NCBI GenBank assembly: GCA_964612055.1
Contig: CAZTBI010000002.1
Span: 5,632-69,631, forward strand
Reading direction: 5' to 3'
DNA from: an uncultured Bdellovibrionales bacterium
Lineage (GTDB): Bacteria > Patescibacteriota > Minisyncoccia > Moranbacterales > UBA1568
DNA: 64,000 nt
The translations under genes were made by a program, and so were the position numbers. Below are positions 18,826 to 28,143 of the stretch, in pieces. A model generated the notes under the pieces. It saw only the letters and a program-made list of their open reading frames with translations. It was not told where the DNA came from and searched no databases. Every line of letters starts with the position of its first letter. The first letter of the stretch is position 1.

Positions 18826-19797
18826 CTAGTTGACTATCTCTTCCATCTTCACATTGATCACGCCCGCACCGATGGAAGCAATTTTTGCAAAAGCCACTTT
18901 GTCGAGATCGATGATGCGTCCCGGCACAAAGGGGCCACGGTCGTTTATCACCACAATGACGCTCTTCCCATTCTCCAGGTTGGTTACTTTAACATAACTT
19001 CCCTTTGGAAGCCAGGGATTAGCCGCGGCCATCGTTCCGGTCCAAGCATACCAAGACGCTCCGCCCGTGTGACTTTTCCCGAGCTCGACATAGGTTCCCT
19101 GAGTGACAATCTCCGGCACTGGCTCTTTGATTCGCTCGGTCCGTAACAACTTCCGATTCACTTCCTTGCCATCATGAGAACTGATTCGGTAGGTGAGTCG
19201 ATCGATACCTGGTACGCCTTTTTGAGTCACGATGTTCTTCCGCCAGGAAAGTTTGCTATCTTCGTTAGCCTTTTTTTCAAAGGCTACTGCCTTCTCAAGA
19301 GTTTCTTCTTTGATCTCTACGCGGGTGACAGCAATAGTCAGACCTCTCGAAGCAGAAGTTTCTCGTTCTGGTTTCACGATATCATCTTCATCCAGAATCA
19401 CTCCAGCTTCGACGAGAGCCTCGGCAACGATCGCCGCATGGACACGAAAGGTTTCTTTTTTACCATCTGCAACTACTGCTATTTCGTGGGTTCGAGTCAC
19501 AAAGATTTTCATACCGGAAAAAAGCGGTGTTTCAGAAGACGGAAAGACGCTTTCTTTTTCCTCAAGACCGAGACCGCGTGCTCCCAAAAATTCCCCCACT
19601 GTTTTTTCTGAAACATTCTGAAAAGAAAAATCCAATCCATTATCAGAAAGCTGCACCATCTTTGGTACACCAGAAAAGTGATCTGCCTTGGGCCAAAAGA
19701 AAATGAGAGTAACAACAAAAAGCGCTGCAAGAAAAAATACCCCGTGAAGGAAATACTTTCTCATCGTCAGTTTTATCATGCGCTTCCCCCAGAGCAT
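18826..19797 (-). CDS. YabE-like protein: DUF348 repeats, G5 domain and RlpA-like (DPBB) domain
   Basis: N-terminal TM, ubiquitin-like DUF348 repeats, G5 (QKGVPG...EPVPEIV.QGT), C-terminal ASWY...MAAA...VINDRGPF..GRIIDL. Lies upstream of rsmA, as yabE does in Firmicutes. Confidence 0.85.
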   Translation of the reverse strand: MLWGKRMIKLTMRKYFLHGVFFLAALFVVTLIFFWPKADHFSGVPKMVQLSDNGLDFSFQNVSEKTVGEFLGARGLGLEEKESVFPSSETPLFSGMKIFVTRTHEIAVVADGKKETFRVHAAIVAEALVEAGVILDEDDIVKPERETSASRGLTIAVTRVEIKEETLEKAVAFEKKANEDSKLSWRKNIVTQKGVPGIDRLTYRISSHDGKEVNRKLLRTERIKEPVPEIVTQGTYVELGKSHTGGASWYAWTGTMAAANPWLPKGSYVKVTNLENGKSVIVVINDRGPFVPGRIIDLDKVAFAKIASIGAGVINVKMEEIVN

Positions 19798-19800
19798 AGA

Positions 19801-21321
19801 CTAATCTTTAAAGCGATACTGCAGCGCCTCGGCAATATGCCCTACTCCTACGTTCGGGGCACTTTCGAGATCAGCAATCGTCCGCGCCACTTTGAGTACC
19901 CGTGTATACCCACGCGCCGAAAGATGCAAACGACTGACCGCATCACGCAAAACATTTCGCGAAGCTTCATCGAGTGCGCACACTTCTTTCACTGTTTGAC
20001 TGGTCATTTCAGCATTGGTGCGAAATGATTTTTCAACAAAACGCTTCTTCTGGAGCTCACGGGCGTTTTCTACTCGTTTGCGGATATCGATGCTGCGCTC
20101 GCCACTTTCTCCCTCTTCATCCAGTTTCTCTATTTTCAGTCTCGGTACTTCGACATGAAGATCGATACGATCCATGATCGGTCCGGAAATTTTCATGCGG
20201 TAGCGATTCGCCTGAGCTGGCGCGCAGGCGCAGACACGCTCTGGATCACCAGCGTAGCCACAAGGACACGGATTCATGGCTGCCACCAACATGAAACGTG
20301 CCGGAAAACGAAGTGATCCCTTGGCCCGCGAAACGGTCACCTCACCATCTTCCAATGGTTGACGTAAATTCTCTAAAACCGCTCGAGAAAACTCAGCAAA
20401 CTCATCGAGAAACAGTACGCCACGATGCGCCAAGCTAATTTCACCAGGACGAGGGTAAGTACCACCACCAACCAAAGAAACAGCGCTCGCGGTATGGTGC
20501 GGCGAACGAAATGGCCGCTTCGATACCAACGCATCGCCACGTAAAAGTTTCCCAGCCACCGAAAAAATCTTCGTTACTTCCAAGCTCTCATCAAAATCAA
20601 GACGTGGCAGTATCGTCGGAAGTGTTTTGGCCAAAAGCGTCTTCCCGCTCCCTGGTGGGCCAACAAAGAGGACATTGTGGCCACCAGCGGCCGCAATTTC
20701 CAGAGCTCGCTTGGCATGCTCCTGCCCACGCACATGGCACATATCTGATTCCGCATCCTCTTCTCTCGGCTCTTCTGCCGGAAGCTCATAAGGTTCAATG
20801 ACTAATTCTCCCCGAAGATGCTTCATCAAGTCAAAGAGATTGCGCACCGGAATAACTCGGATACCCGAGACAAGCGCCGCTTCTTTGGCATTCTCTTCTG
20901 GCACGTAGATTTCTTCAAAGTCATGCTCTCTGGCAAAAAGGGCAATCGGGAGTACTCCCTGCACACGGCGCACCATGCCATCAAGTGCTAGTTCACCAAC
21001 GAACAGCTTCTTTTCATAATCAAAACTGATTTGCTTGGTAGCCAAAAGAAATCCGAGCGCCATAGGCAAATCATAAATCGGTGTATTTTTCGGGAGATCA
21101 GCCGGGGCCAGATTGACCGTGATACGTCCACTCTGATGCGGTGGCTTGAAGCCACTATTTTTCAGTGCGGCACTGACACGGTCACGTGATTCCTTGATAG
21201 CAGTATCAGGCAATCCCACTAAAGTAAAAGTATGGAGTCCTTGTGACAAGACATCCACCTCAACTTCAACCAGGACGCTTTCCAATCCGACGGTTGCTGC
21301 TGAATAGACTTTGGCAGACAT
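19801..21321 (-). CDS. comM: YifB/ComM Mg-chelatase-like AAA ATPase
   Basis: VGLPDTAIKESRDRV, GPPGSGKT, RPFRSPHH, PGEISLAHRGVLFLDE, AMNPCPCG. Confidence 0.92.
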   Translation of the reverse strand: MSAKVYSAATVGLESVLVEVEVDVLSQGLHTFTLVGLPDTAIKESRDRVSAALKNSGFKPPHQSGRITVNLAPADLPKNTPIYDLPMALGFLLATKQISFDYEKKLFVGELALDGMVRRVQGVLPIALFAREHDFEEIYVPEENAKEAALVSGIRVIPVRNLFDLMKHLRGELVIEPYELPAEEPREEDAESDMCHVRGQEHAKRALEIAAAGGHNVLFVGPPGSGKTLLAKTLPTILPRLDFDESLEVTKIFSVAGKLLRGDALVSKRPFRSPHHTASAVSLVGGGTYPRPGEISLAHRGVLFLDEFAEFSRAVLENLRQPLEDGEVTVSRAKGSLRFPARFMLVAAMNPCPCGYAGDPERVCACAPAQANRYRMKISGPIMDRIDLHVEVPRLKIEKLDEEGESGERSIDIRKRVENARELQKKRFVEKSFRTNAEMTSQTVKEVCALDEASRNVLRDAVSRLHLSARGYTRVLKVARTIADLESAPNVGVGHIAEALQYRFKD

Positions 21322-21341
21322 AGACAAACTCGGGAGGTCTC

Positions 21342-21746
21342 TTACGGGGTACGGCGCACCTCCCACCACAGTAAAAATATCACACTTACGGTCAGAACAA
21401 CATCCGCCACATTGAAAAGGGGCAAAAATGGCAAGGCAAGAAAGTCAAAGACGCAACCAAAGAAAAGGCGTTCCATCAAGTTACTCGCACCAGCGGCCAT
21501 AAGAAGCAGCCAGAAAAAAGCCCTTCTTTTCTCCTCTTCTTTCCACCACTGCCTGAGAAAAAACCAGGCGGCACCAAAAAAAATGATCAAAAGAAGCCAA
21601 AGACTCACTTGCACACCAAAGGGGCCTTCAGTATTGCAAGTCACACCCTCTTTTTGGTATTCCCTCGCGAAAAAGCTTATCCCCTGAAGACAGGAAACAA
21701 AAAAGGCCACAGAAAGGATGCCTGAAAGCAGTTTCTGTGACCTCAT
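21342..21746 (-). CDS. lspA: Signal peptidase II
   Basis: NTEGPFG, GASNLMER..FGCVFDF, FNVADV. Confidence 0.8.
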   Translation of the reverse strand: MRSQKLLSGILSVAFFVSCLQGISFFAREYQKEGVTCNTEGPFGVQVSLWLLLIIFFGAAWFFLRQWWKEEEKRRAFFWLLLMAAGASNLMERLFFGCVFDFLALPFLPLFNVADVVLTVSVIFLLWWEVRRTP

Positions 21747-21758
21747 AGGAAGAGTTTT

Positions 21759-21919
21759 GTAACTATCTCAGATCTCTCTTTCGTTACGAAACAGCATGGT
21801 TTTGAGCGAAAGGCGTGAAGATTGAGAAAGGCTACCTGAAAGGTAACCTGACGAAATCTGAACGGTTTGCAGCCAAAATCCATACTGTTGCAGTAGAATA
21901 TGGAGATCTGAATAGTTAC
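21759..21919. repeat. 161-bp palindromic MITE/RPE-like element
   Basis: Terminal inverted repeats GTAACTATCTCAGATCTC / GAGATCTGAATAGTTAC; inner AACAGCATGGTTTTG / CAAAATCCATACTGTT and GGCTACC..GGTAACC. Abuts the stop codon of the dksA-like gene. Confidence 0.7.
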
Positions 21920-22264
21920 TTAAAGAGCGGTCCGAGCCCCAGGGTAAGCCTCGAGACGATCCAGACTGATTTCCTTACCAGTATTTTCACATACTCCATA
22001 AGTGCCAGCCTCCATCTTTGAAAGCGCATCGTTCACATCTTTCAGCTGTGTCTCCAGTGTTTGCTCCAAAGCCAGATTATCAACGTATTCCTCAACCTCA
22101 GAAGCATTCTCATCGGGATCAGTACCCATATCATCAATCTTGGTCTCATAATTCCCAGCTACGCCAGTTGGCTTGGCAAAACGAGAAAGCTCTTGCTCCA
22201 AGTGACTTTTCTCAGAAAGCAATTTTTCCTTCAGTCGGGCCAATGTCGCTGTATCAAGTGCCAT
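21920..22264 (-). CDS. TraR/DksA-family protein
   Basis: Coiled coil with DPDENASE tip; ALSKMEAGTYGVCENTG..I..DRLEAYP.AR. Only one Cys, so probably not a Zn finger. Confidence 0.85.
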   Translation of the reverse strand: MALDTATLARLKEKLLSEKSHLEQELSRFAKPTGVAGNYETKIDDMGTDPDENASEVEEYVDNLALEQTLETQLKDVNDALSKMEAGTYGVCENTGKEISLDRLEAYPGARTAL

Positions 22265-22331
22265 AACAGTATCAAAAAAATTTATAAAATTTCCTTTGTC
22301 TCCCTAGTATAGCAAAAATAGCCACCTTTGT

Positions 22332-22721
22332 CTAGAAGAAAATGTGTTCCAGATGCCTTATTGAAGCCTTTTTTAGGTTTGGATCATAGAGGATCGAGAG
22401 GGCGTCAAAGTGATAGGGAGCATTTTCACGCTTTTTTTCTCGCAGATAACACTGGGCAATACGTTCGAGCTTGCGGAGCTTGTCACGCGTAATATTTTCC
22501 TCAGGAAAAATATCACTTCCAGCTACTCCCAAACGACTCTTCACCTCCACAAATACTATTTCGTGGCTTTTTTCAGCCACAATATCAATCTCTCCCAAAC
22601 GTTTGCCGTGAGTATTACAATAATTGGTTTCGAGCATCTTGTAGCCCTTCTCTTTCAGATAGCGGCACCCAAGGTCCTCGCCCAATTTTCCCAACTCCGA
22701 AGATAGATGAAATGTTCCCAT
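22332..22721 (-). CDS. YraN family (UPF0102) nuclease-like protein
   Basis: GKLGEDL...YL..KGY..L..N, GEIDIVA, FVEVKSR. Start most likely ATG 22721. Confidence 0.88.
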   Translation of the reverse strand: MGTFHLSSELGKLGEDLGCRYLKEKGYKMLETNYCNTHGKRLGEIDIVAEKSHEIVFVEVKSRLGVAGSDIFPEENITRDKLRKLERIAQCYLREKKRENAPYHFDALSILYDPNLKKASIRHLEHIFF

Positions 22722-22759
22722 ATATCCATAAATTAAGCCAAAAATAGGAAAAGAGCAAT

Positions 22760-23333
22760 AAAAAAACACCCTTCTCTGGGAGTTCACGACCTGCTTCAGC
22801 TGAAAAATTATGTTGGTGTCCGGGCGTACGACGCCCAAATAATAAAATCTTGGCTGTACGCCCGAACGTTGCATGTGCCAACAGGTATGTCGGTTACTTA
22901 GCTCCGGGTGAGAAAGCATTGGTAATCCATTGATCACGCCTGTATTTTGTGCAGATGCATTTTTTCGCAGCAATCCTAACTTTTTTGCTACTTCTCCCTT
23001 CACCGTTCTCTGGCACGAAGCCTTTTGGTTCAGGTCGTTAGCTACACACTAGAGAGAAGGATATTCCATCCACTGTGTAGCCAACACCTGTTTTTTTGAA
23101 AGAACTTGTTTTTTTGTTTCTTTTTGTTTTTCTCCTGCTGTTATTATATTTCAGGAGCGTTTTTGTTTTTGTTTTAGTCTCCGTGTTAGGACGGAGCGGC
23201 TGTGGTACATTGCCACAACACTTGAACAGTGAAAGAGTCCCCCTCACAATTAGGGGGAAATTGTGATTGGGAACTCTTTCACCGTTCAGTTAACGGTTCG
23301 AGGAGCAATTTGTCAAAGAATTTTCAACGTCAC
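22760..23333 (-). ncRNA. Candidate large structured noncoding RNA (~570 nt), family not recognised
   Basis: Near-consensus promoter directly upstream, boxA-like motifs, numerous stems separated by A/C-rich linkers, 3' long-range stem followed by a U-run, no convincing ORF. Confidence 0.62.
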
Positions 23334-23339
23334 AAGTCA

Positions 23340-23368
23340 ATTATAGCAGAAAAAACACCTCTGGTCAA
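23340..23368 (-). promoter_or_regulatory. sigma70 promoter of the candidate ncRNA
   Basis: TTGACC-N17-TATAAT with extended -10 (TGcTATAAT) on the minus strand. Confidence 0.8.
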
Positions 23369-23512
23369 TGCTCGCTTCAGAAAAAAGCTTCAGATGAAGT
23401 ATTTTTCTACTAAAAAATCTCTTGGCAGAAAAAAAATCGTATTGAGTATGAAAAAAGAAGTCAGGGACTTCTTTTTCTTTTTTAAAAATCCTTTTTCTAA
23501 GCCGAAAAAATT

Positions 23513-24535
23513 CTATGGTTGTGATTTTTTATCAATAATTGCGCGCAGCGTGTCCTTGCTCGTGCCAATAATCCATTCTTTGTCTCGCATGACATAATCA
23601 AAAGAGATACCCTGTGCCGCTTCAACATTGACATAACGCACTGCCTCAGTATTATAAACGCCAGAGCGAAAACTTGCCTTCGTAGGAACCGTTAACCCCG
23701 GAAAAAGAAGGGGCCGAAACAGAAAGGGCAGGGAGGCTTCATTCTTGGTGACTAACTCTCGGACCGTTCCCATGTCTCCTGAGGCAAAGGGGGCAAAAGA
23801 AAGTCCCAGCGTCACTTTCCCACCGGTATTATAGAGAAAGATCGAGAAAGATTCTCCCAAAGCGGCTATGAGATCCTCTGGGAGTGCTAAATCCGTGAGA
23901 TACGCAAAACGACTGAAGGCAAGAGGGTTATTATTCTTATCAGTAAGAAGAAATTCGACTGGCTTGGTCATCTGAGCTGCTGAAATTTTGGCTCCGGACT
24001 CGGTCAAAAGTGTTAAAAATGATTGCGTAGTCACTGTTTCGGTATCAACCATGAGAAAATTTGTCGTATCGGGAGCAAATGGAGCCACTGGCAATACTGG
24101 CACTGGTTCCGCCACCATAGTTACTTCGCTCGACGACTCTAGCAAAGGCTCCGGAGAGACAGCTGTTTTTCGCAGAAAATACCACGCTACCAAACCAACG
24201 ATCATGAGGAATAAGACTCCGCCAAAGGCAAACATGATCAGTATCTTTCTTTTTCTCTCTTCTTGAGCCGGTGGAAGAGATTTTTGAGAGGGAAGAGAAG
24301 GAAGAGAAGCTCTTTGTGTCTGTGGCACTGAAGATACTGGTGAGGGAGAAAAGGAACTAGTACCCAAAAATGGGCTTTCTCCCTTAGAAGAAGTCCCTTG
24401 TTTCTGTATGCCATTCATTGGAGTCGTTCTTCGTGGTTCTGCTCCCATAACACGCACCGCTTCAAAAACCTCTTTTGGTATCGGCCGTGAGGCGTTATTT
24501 TTTTCGCTACTCCCCACTGATGAAAAAAGTTCCAT
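23513..24535 (-). CDS. Hypothetical single-pass membrane protein
   Basis: Ser/Pro-rich N-terminal region, one TM helix, globular C-terminal domain. Confidence 0.72.
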   Translation of the reverse strand: MELFSSVGSSEKNNASRPIPKEVFEAVRVMGAEPRRTTPMNGIQKQGTSSKGESPFLGTSSFSPSPVSSVPQTQRASLPSLPSQKSLPPAQEERKRKILIMFAFGGVLFLMIVGLVAWYFLRKTAVSPEPLLESSSEVTMVAEPVPVLPVAPFAPDTTNFLMVDTETVTTQSFLTLLTESGAKISAAQMTKPVEFLLTDKNNNPLAFSRFAYLTDLALPEDLIAALGESFSIFLYNTGGKVTLGLSFAPFASGDMGTVRELVTKNEASLPFLFRPLLFPGLTVPTKASFRSGVYNTEAVRYVNVEAAQGISFDYVMRDKEWIIGTSKDTLRAIIDKKSQP

Positions 24536-24611
24536 AAGACATCTAAAAAACGAAAGAGAGGCCTGCGCCTCTCTCTAGTATACAAGAGAACAAGAATTTT
24601 CGATAGAAGAT

Positions 24612-26732
24612 CTACGCGCCTTCTTGTTCCATGCGCCGCTTGGCCGCCTTGTGTGAGAGATTGATGCGTCCCTGTGAGTCAATTTCTTTGACAATGACCG
24701 GGATGACATCTCCGACCTTCACAACATCTTCCACGTTTTCTACCCGTTCATCGGAGAATTCAGAAATATGGACCAAACCTTCTTGATTCGGCAATACTTC
24801 CACAAAGGCGCCGAAATTCATCAGTCGTGTGACGCGACCCTGAAACAGTTCTCCGGCTACCACTTCACGAGTAATATTTCGCACCCATTCAACGGCTTTG
24901 TTGGCACTGATTTCATCAACAGAAGTGATAAAGACTGAGCCATCATCTTCAATATCGATAGAAACCCCTGTTTCATCAATAATCTGATTGATCACCTTGC
25001 CGCCAGGGCCGATGACATCACGGATCTTCTCTGGATTGATATGGAGCGTAATAATACGCGGTGCATATGGAGACATCGTCTTTCGAACTTCTGGCATGAC
25101 TTCAAGCATCTTGCCCATGATAAACATGCGACCTTCCTTGGCCTGAGCGATAGCAACCGCAAGCATAGCCGGGGTCAAGCCATCGATTTTCACATCCATC
25201 TGCATAGCGGTGATACCATCTTTGGTTCCGGCGACCTTGAAGTCCATATCCCCGTAGTGATCTTCCAGTCCCTGAATATCAGAAAGTACCTTGTAAGCAC
25301 CATCTTTTCCAGTGATCACGCCCATAGCGATACCAGCGACCGGCTTTTTGATTGGCACACCCGCATCCATAAGAGACAGAGTCGACCCACAGGTCGAAGC
25401 CATCGAGGAAGAACCATTTGACTCCAGCACTTCGGAAACCAAGAGAATCGTGTACGGGAATTCTTCTTTACTTGGAAGTACCGGTACCAATGCCTTCTCC
25501 GCCAAGGCTCCGTGACCGACTTCACGACGGCCTGGACCACGCATCGGCTTCACCTCACCAACAGAGTACGGTGGGAAGTTATAAAAATGCATGTAGCGCT
25601 TCTTTTCATCGGTTTCCATGGTATCAACTACCATTTCATCGCCAGGGGCGCCAAGCGTTGTCACGGTCAGAGCCTGGGTCTCACCACGCGTAAAGACTCC
25701 CGTTCCATGAGTACGTGGCAACACGCCGACCTTACACCAAATCGGACGGATCTCGGTCAACTTACGACCATCAGGACGCGCTTCTTTTTCGAGAATATTC
25801 TGGTGCACTGCTTCATCAGATACTTCATCAGTGATGAGCGAGAGGAGTTCGGAGAGATTCTTCTGCTCCGGATACTTTTCCGCGGCATATTTGGCGATAG
25901 CGGCATTGATTTCAGCCGTTTTCGCTTCCATGGCCTGCTTTGGCAACAGATAGAGCGCCTCAGCTAAGCCTGACCCTTGCGCAAACTGACGGATATCAGC
26001 CTCAAACTCGAGGGATCCACGAAGAACGGCGGCCTGCCGCTTTTCTTTCCCTGCTTCCTTACGGATATCCTCAATAAACGAGGCGATCTTCTGGATGGCT
26101 TCAAATCCAAACTGGAAGGCTTCAGCTATTTTTTCCTCGGTAATCTCGTTTGCCCCGGCTTCGATCATGTTGATCTTGTCCTTGGTACCAGAAAGGAGGA
26201 GATCCAAAGCACTTGCTTTGCGTTCTTCGCTCACCGGATTCAAAACGAGCGTTCCATCGGCAGCCATACCAATTCGCACGGCGCCAATTGGGCCATTCCA
26301 AGGAATATCAGAGAGAGCCAGAGCTGCTGAAGCGCCAATCATCGCTACGACATCCGGATCATTCTCACCATCAATAGACAGTGTGGTCACGACCACCTGC
26401 ACTTCATTTCGCATGCGACTATCAAAAAGTGGGCGCACCGTACGGTCCACCGCTCGCCCTGAAAGCACGGCATCATCTGAAGGGCGACCTTCGCGCTTGA
26501 TAAAGCGTGAGCCCTTGATCTTTCCGGCCGCATAGTAGCGCTCTTCGTAATCCACCATCAAAGGGAAATATCCAGTAATTTTGGACATTTCCTTGCTCAT
26601 GACAGCAGTCGCGAGCACTACCGTATCGCCATAGCGGGCCGTCACCGCACCACTGGCCTGCTTGGCAAACACGCCCGTCTCAATGACGAGCTCCCGTCCC
26701 CCCAGTTGGAGAGACCATTTCTTTCCTTCCAT
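24612..26732 (-). CDS. pnp: Polyribonucleotide nucleotidyltransferase
   Basis: Two RNase PH domains (FPLMVDYEER, RREVGHGALAE, ESNGSSSMAS, GDMDFKVAGT), KH and S1. Start ATG 26732. Confidence 0.97.
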   Translation of the reverse strand: MEGKKWSLQLGGRELVIETGVFAKQASGAVTARYGDTVVLATAVMSKEMSKITGYFPLMVDYEERYYAAGKIKGSRFIKREGRPSDDAVLSGRAVDRTVRPLFDSRMRNEVQVVVTTLSIDGENDPDVVAMIGASAALALSDIPWNGPIGAVRIGMAADGTLVLNPVSEERKASALDLLLSGTKDKINMIEAGANEITEEKIAEAFQFGFEAIQKIASFIEDIRKEAGKEKRQAAVLRGSLEFEADIRQFAQGSGLAEALYLLPKQAMEAKTAEINAAIAKYAAEKYPEQKNLSELLSLITDEVSDEAVHQNILEKEARPDGRKLTEIRPIWCKVGVLPRTHGTGVFTRGETQALTVTTLGAPGDEMVVDTMETDEKKRYMHFYNFPPYSVGEVKPMRGPGRREVGHGALAEKALVPVLPSKEEFPYTILLVSEVLESNGSSSMASTCGSTLSLMDAGVPIKKPVAGIAMGVITGKDGAYKVLSDIQGLEDHYGDMDFKVAGTKDGITAMQMDVKIDGLTPAMLAVAIAQAKEGRMFIMGKMLEVMPEVRKTMSPYAPRIITLHINPEKIRDVIGPGGKVINQIIDETGVSIDIEDDGSVFITSVDEISANKAVEWVRNITREVVAGELFQGRVTRLMNFGAFVEVLPNQEGLVHISEFSDERVENVEDVVKVGDVIPVIVKEIDSQGRINLSHKAAKRRMEQEGA

Positions 26733-26742
26733 AGACTTTTTG

Positions 26743-26850
26743 TCCGGAAGAGAAGCTAATAAACACGCGACTAAGCCCAAAGCCCTGCCTCGGCGTAATG
26801 CCTTTGCAAGACGGGTCCACTCGTGCACCTATTAACTACGCTCTTCCAGA
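26743..26850 (-). promoter_or_regulatory. Long 5'-UTR stem-loop of pnp (putative RNase III site)
   Basis: TCTGGAAGAG...AGTTAATAGGTGCACGA pairs with TCGCGTGTTTATTAGCT...CTCTTCCGGA, with multiple G-U pairs on the mRNA strand. Confidence 0.65.
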
Positions 26851-26952
26851 AAACAATAATTAAATAACCTATTCGTACTCTAGCCTTATTTCGCCTCTTT
26901 TGTCAAAGAAAAAGAGTCCCTTTGAGATGGGACTCTTTTCCCTCTTTGATCA

Positions 26953-27450
26953 CTAGATCAAGAACTGCTTCTTACTTTCCGAAAGGTTGATGAAGTCATC
27001 AGCCTGTTCGATGAGCTTCGCTGAGGCTGATTCGGCAAAGGCCACCACCTCCACGCGACAGCCATAGGTATTTTGGAGGTATTCAACGAGCGAGATATAG
27101 TCACCATCACCGGAAACAATCACAATGACATCGAGTTTCGGTGCCATCTTGATAGCATCGATCGCGATTCCTACGTCCCAATCACCCTTCTTGGAACCAT
27201 CGTGAAAAATTTGGAGATCCTTGGTCTTTACCTCGTAACCACTTTTTTCCAAGGCTTCAAAAAACTTATCCTCTGTTGCTTCTACCGTCTTGATACCATA
27301 GGCCAGAGCCCGAATGAGCTTACGCTCACTCACCGCAGCCGTGAGTACATTCTTGAAATTCACCTTTTTGCTATAAAGCACGCGGGCACTGTAGTACATA
27401 TTCTGAATGTCTACCAATACACCGACTCGTTGTTCTGCAAATTTTGCCAT
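26953..27450 (-). CDS. NYN domain (LabA/DUF88) protein
   Basis: VDIQNMY, KGDWDVGIAIDA, SGDGDY. Confidence 0.88.
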   Translation of the reverse strand: MAKFAEQRVGVLVDIQNMYYSARVLYSKKVNFKNVLTAAVSERKLIRALAYGIKTVEATEDKFFEALEKSGYEVKTKDLQIFHDGSKKGDWDVGIAIDAIKMAPKLDVIVIVSGDGDYISLVEYLQNTYGCRVEVVAFAESASAKLIEQADDFINLSESKKQFLI

Positions 27451-27504
27451 AATTGTTTATAAAAATTGCCTCTTGTTTAAAATATCACTCAAAAAACAAA
27501 GGGC

Positions 27505-27768
27505 CTAGAGGCCCAATGTCTTCGTAAGAGTCTTGTAGGATTTCTCGTTTGTCTTCTCGAGATAGGCGAGAAGCTTTTTGCGCTTCGACACCATCTTCAG
27601 CAGTCCGCGACGAGAATGGAAATCTTTCTTGTTCTTCTTCAAGTGCGTCGTCAAACGCTTGATTTCTTCCGTAAACTTCGCAACTTGGTATTCTGGAGAA
27701 CCAGTATCCTTGTCATGTCGTTTTACCCCTCCTGTTACCTTCTCCTTTTGCTTGTGCGTCAGCGCCAT
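27505..27768 (-). CDS. rpsO: 30S ribosomal protein S15
   Basis: DTGSPEYQVA, HLKKNKKDFHSRRGLLKMVSKRKKLL. Confidence 0.97.
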   Translation of the reverse strand: MALTHKQKEKVTGGVKRHDKDTGSPEYQVAKFTEEIKRLTTHLKKNKKDFHSRRGLLKMVSKRKKLLAYLEKTNEKSYKTLTKTLGL

Positions 27769-27942
27769 AGCCTTCTTGTCAGCAAGACGTTCGTCCACCA
27801 GAGGTGAACCAGCATCCGCTCGTGATAAATATTAACAAGAGCACTGTAACACGCTTAGAAATTTTTTGCAACTTTCAGATTTCCCTCTGTAAAGAAAAAG
27901 GGGGAACGCGTTGCGTGCCCCTTGAGATGAGCTGCCTGCGCT

Positions 27943-28143
27943 TCAGTGACTGGGGAGATCGATCACCTTGTCGGCCGATTGCTCCAAAAAGACCTGCTGC
28001 ACGCACTGTTCCGGTGCGTGCGCCGGATCAGGATGCAGGTAACAGACGCAGGCTGTATTTCGCTTATGGCCGTGAGGGCATAGCCTCTCGCCCCTGATAG
28101 CGATGCTTGCGGGAACCACCGCGCTATTACGTGTCACTTCCAT
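27943..28143 (-). CDS. Small Cys/His-rich orphan protein (66 aa)
   Basis: AAGGAG SD 7 nt before ATG, own TTGACA-type promoter and a downstream hairpin/U-run; CPHGH...CVC..H....H....C. Confidence 0.55.
   Translation of the reverse strand: MEVTRNSAVVPASIAIRGERLCPHGHKRNTACVCYLHPDPAHAPEQCVQQVFLEQSADKVIDLPSH

Noticed and set aside
22722-23003. 94-aa N-terminal extension of YraN in the ORF track
   Set aside because: Family similarity starts at ATG 22721; the extension crosses the structured RNA and its U-run.
23038-23247. 69-aa Lys/Thr-rich ORF
   Set aside because: GTG start with no initiation context; its composition simply reflects the A/C-rich linkers. Not fully excluded.
22760-23333. tmRNA, RNase P, SRP, T-box or intron identity for the structured region
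   Set aside because: No tRNA-like ends, no GAGGAAAGUC, no SRP GGAAG/AGCAG loop, no T-box GGTGGNACC, no group II domain V.
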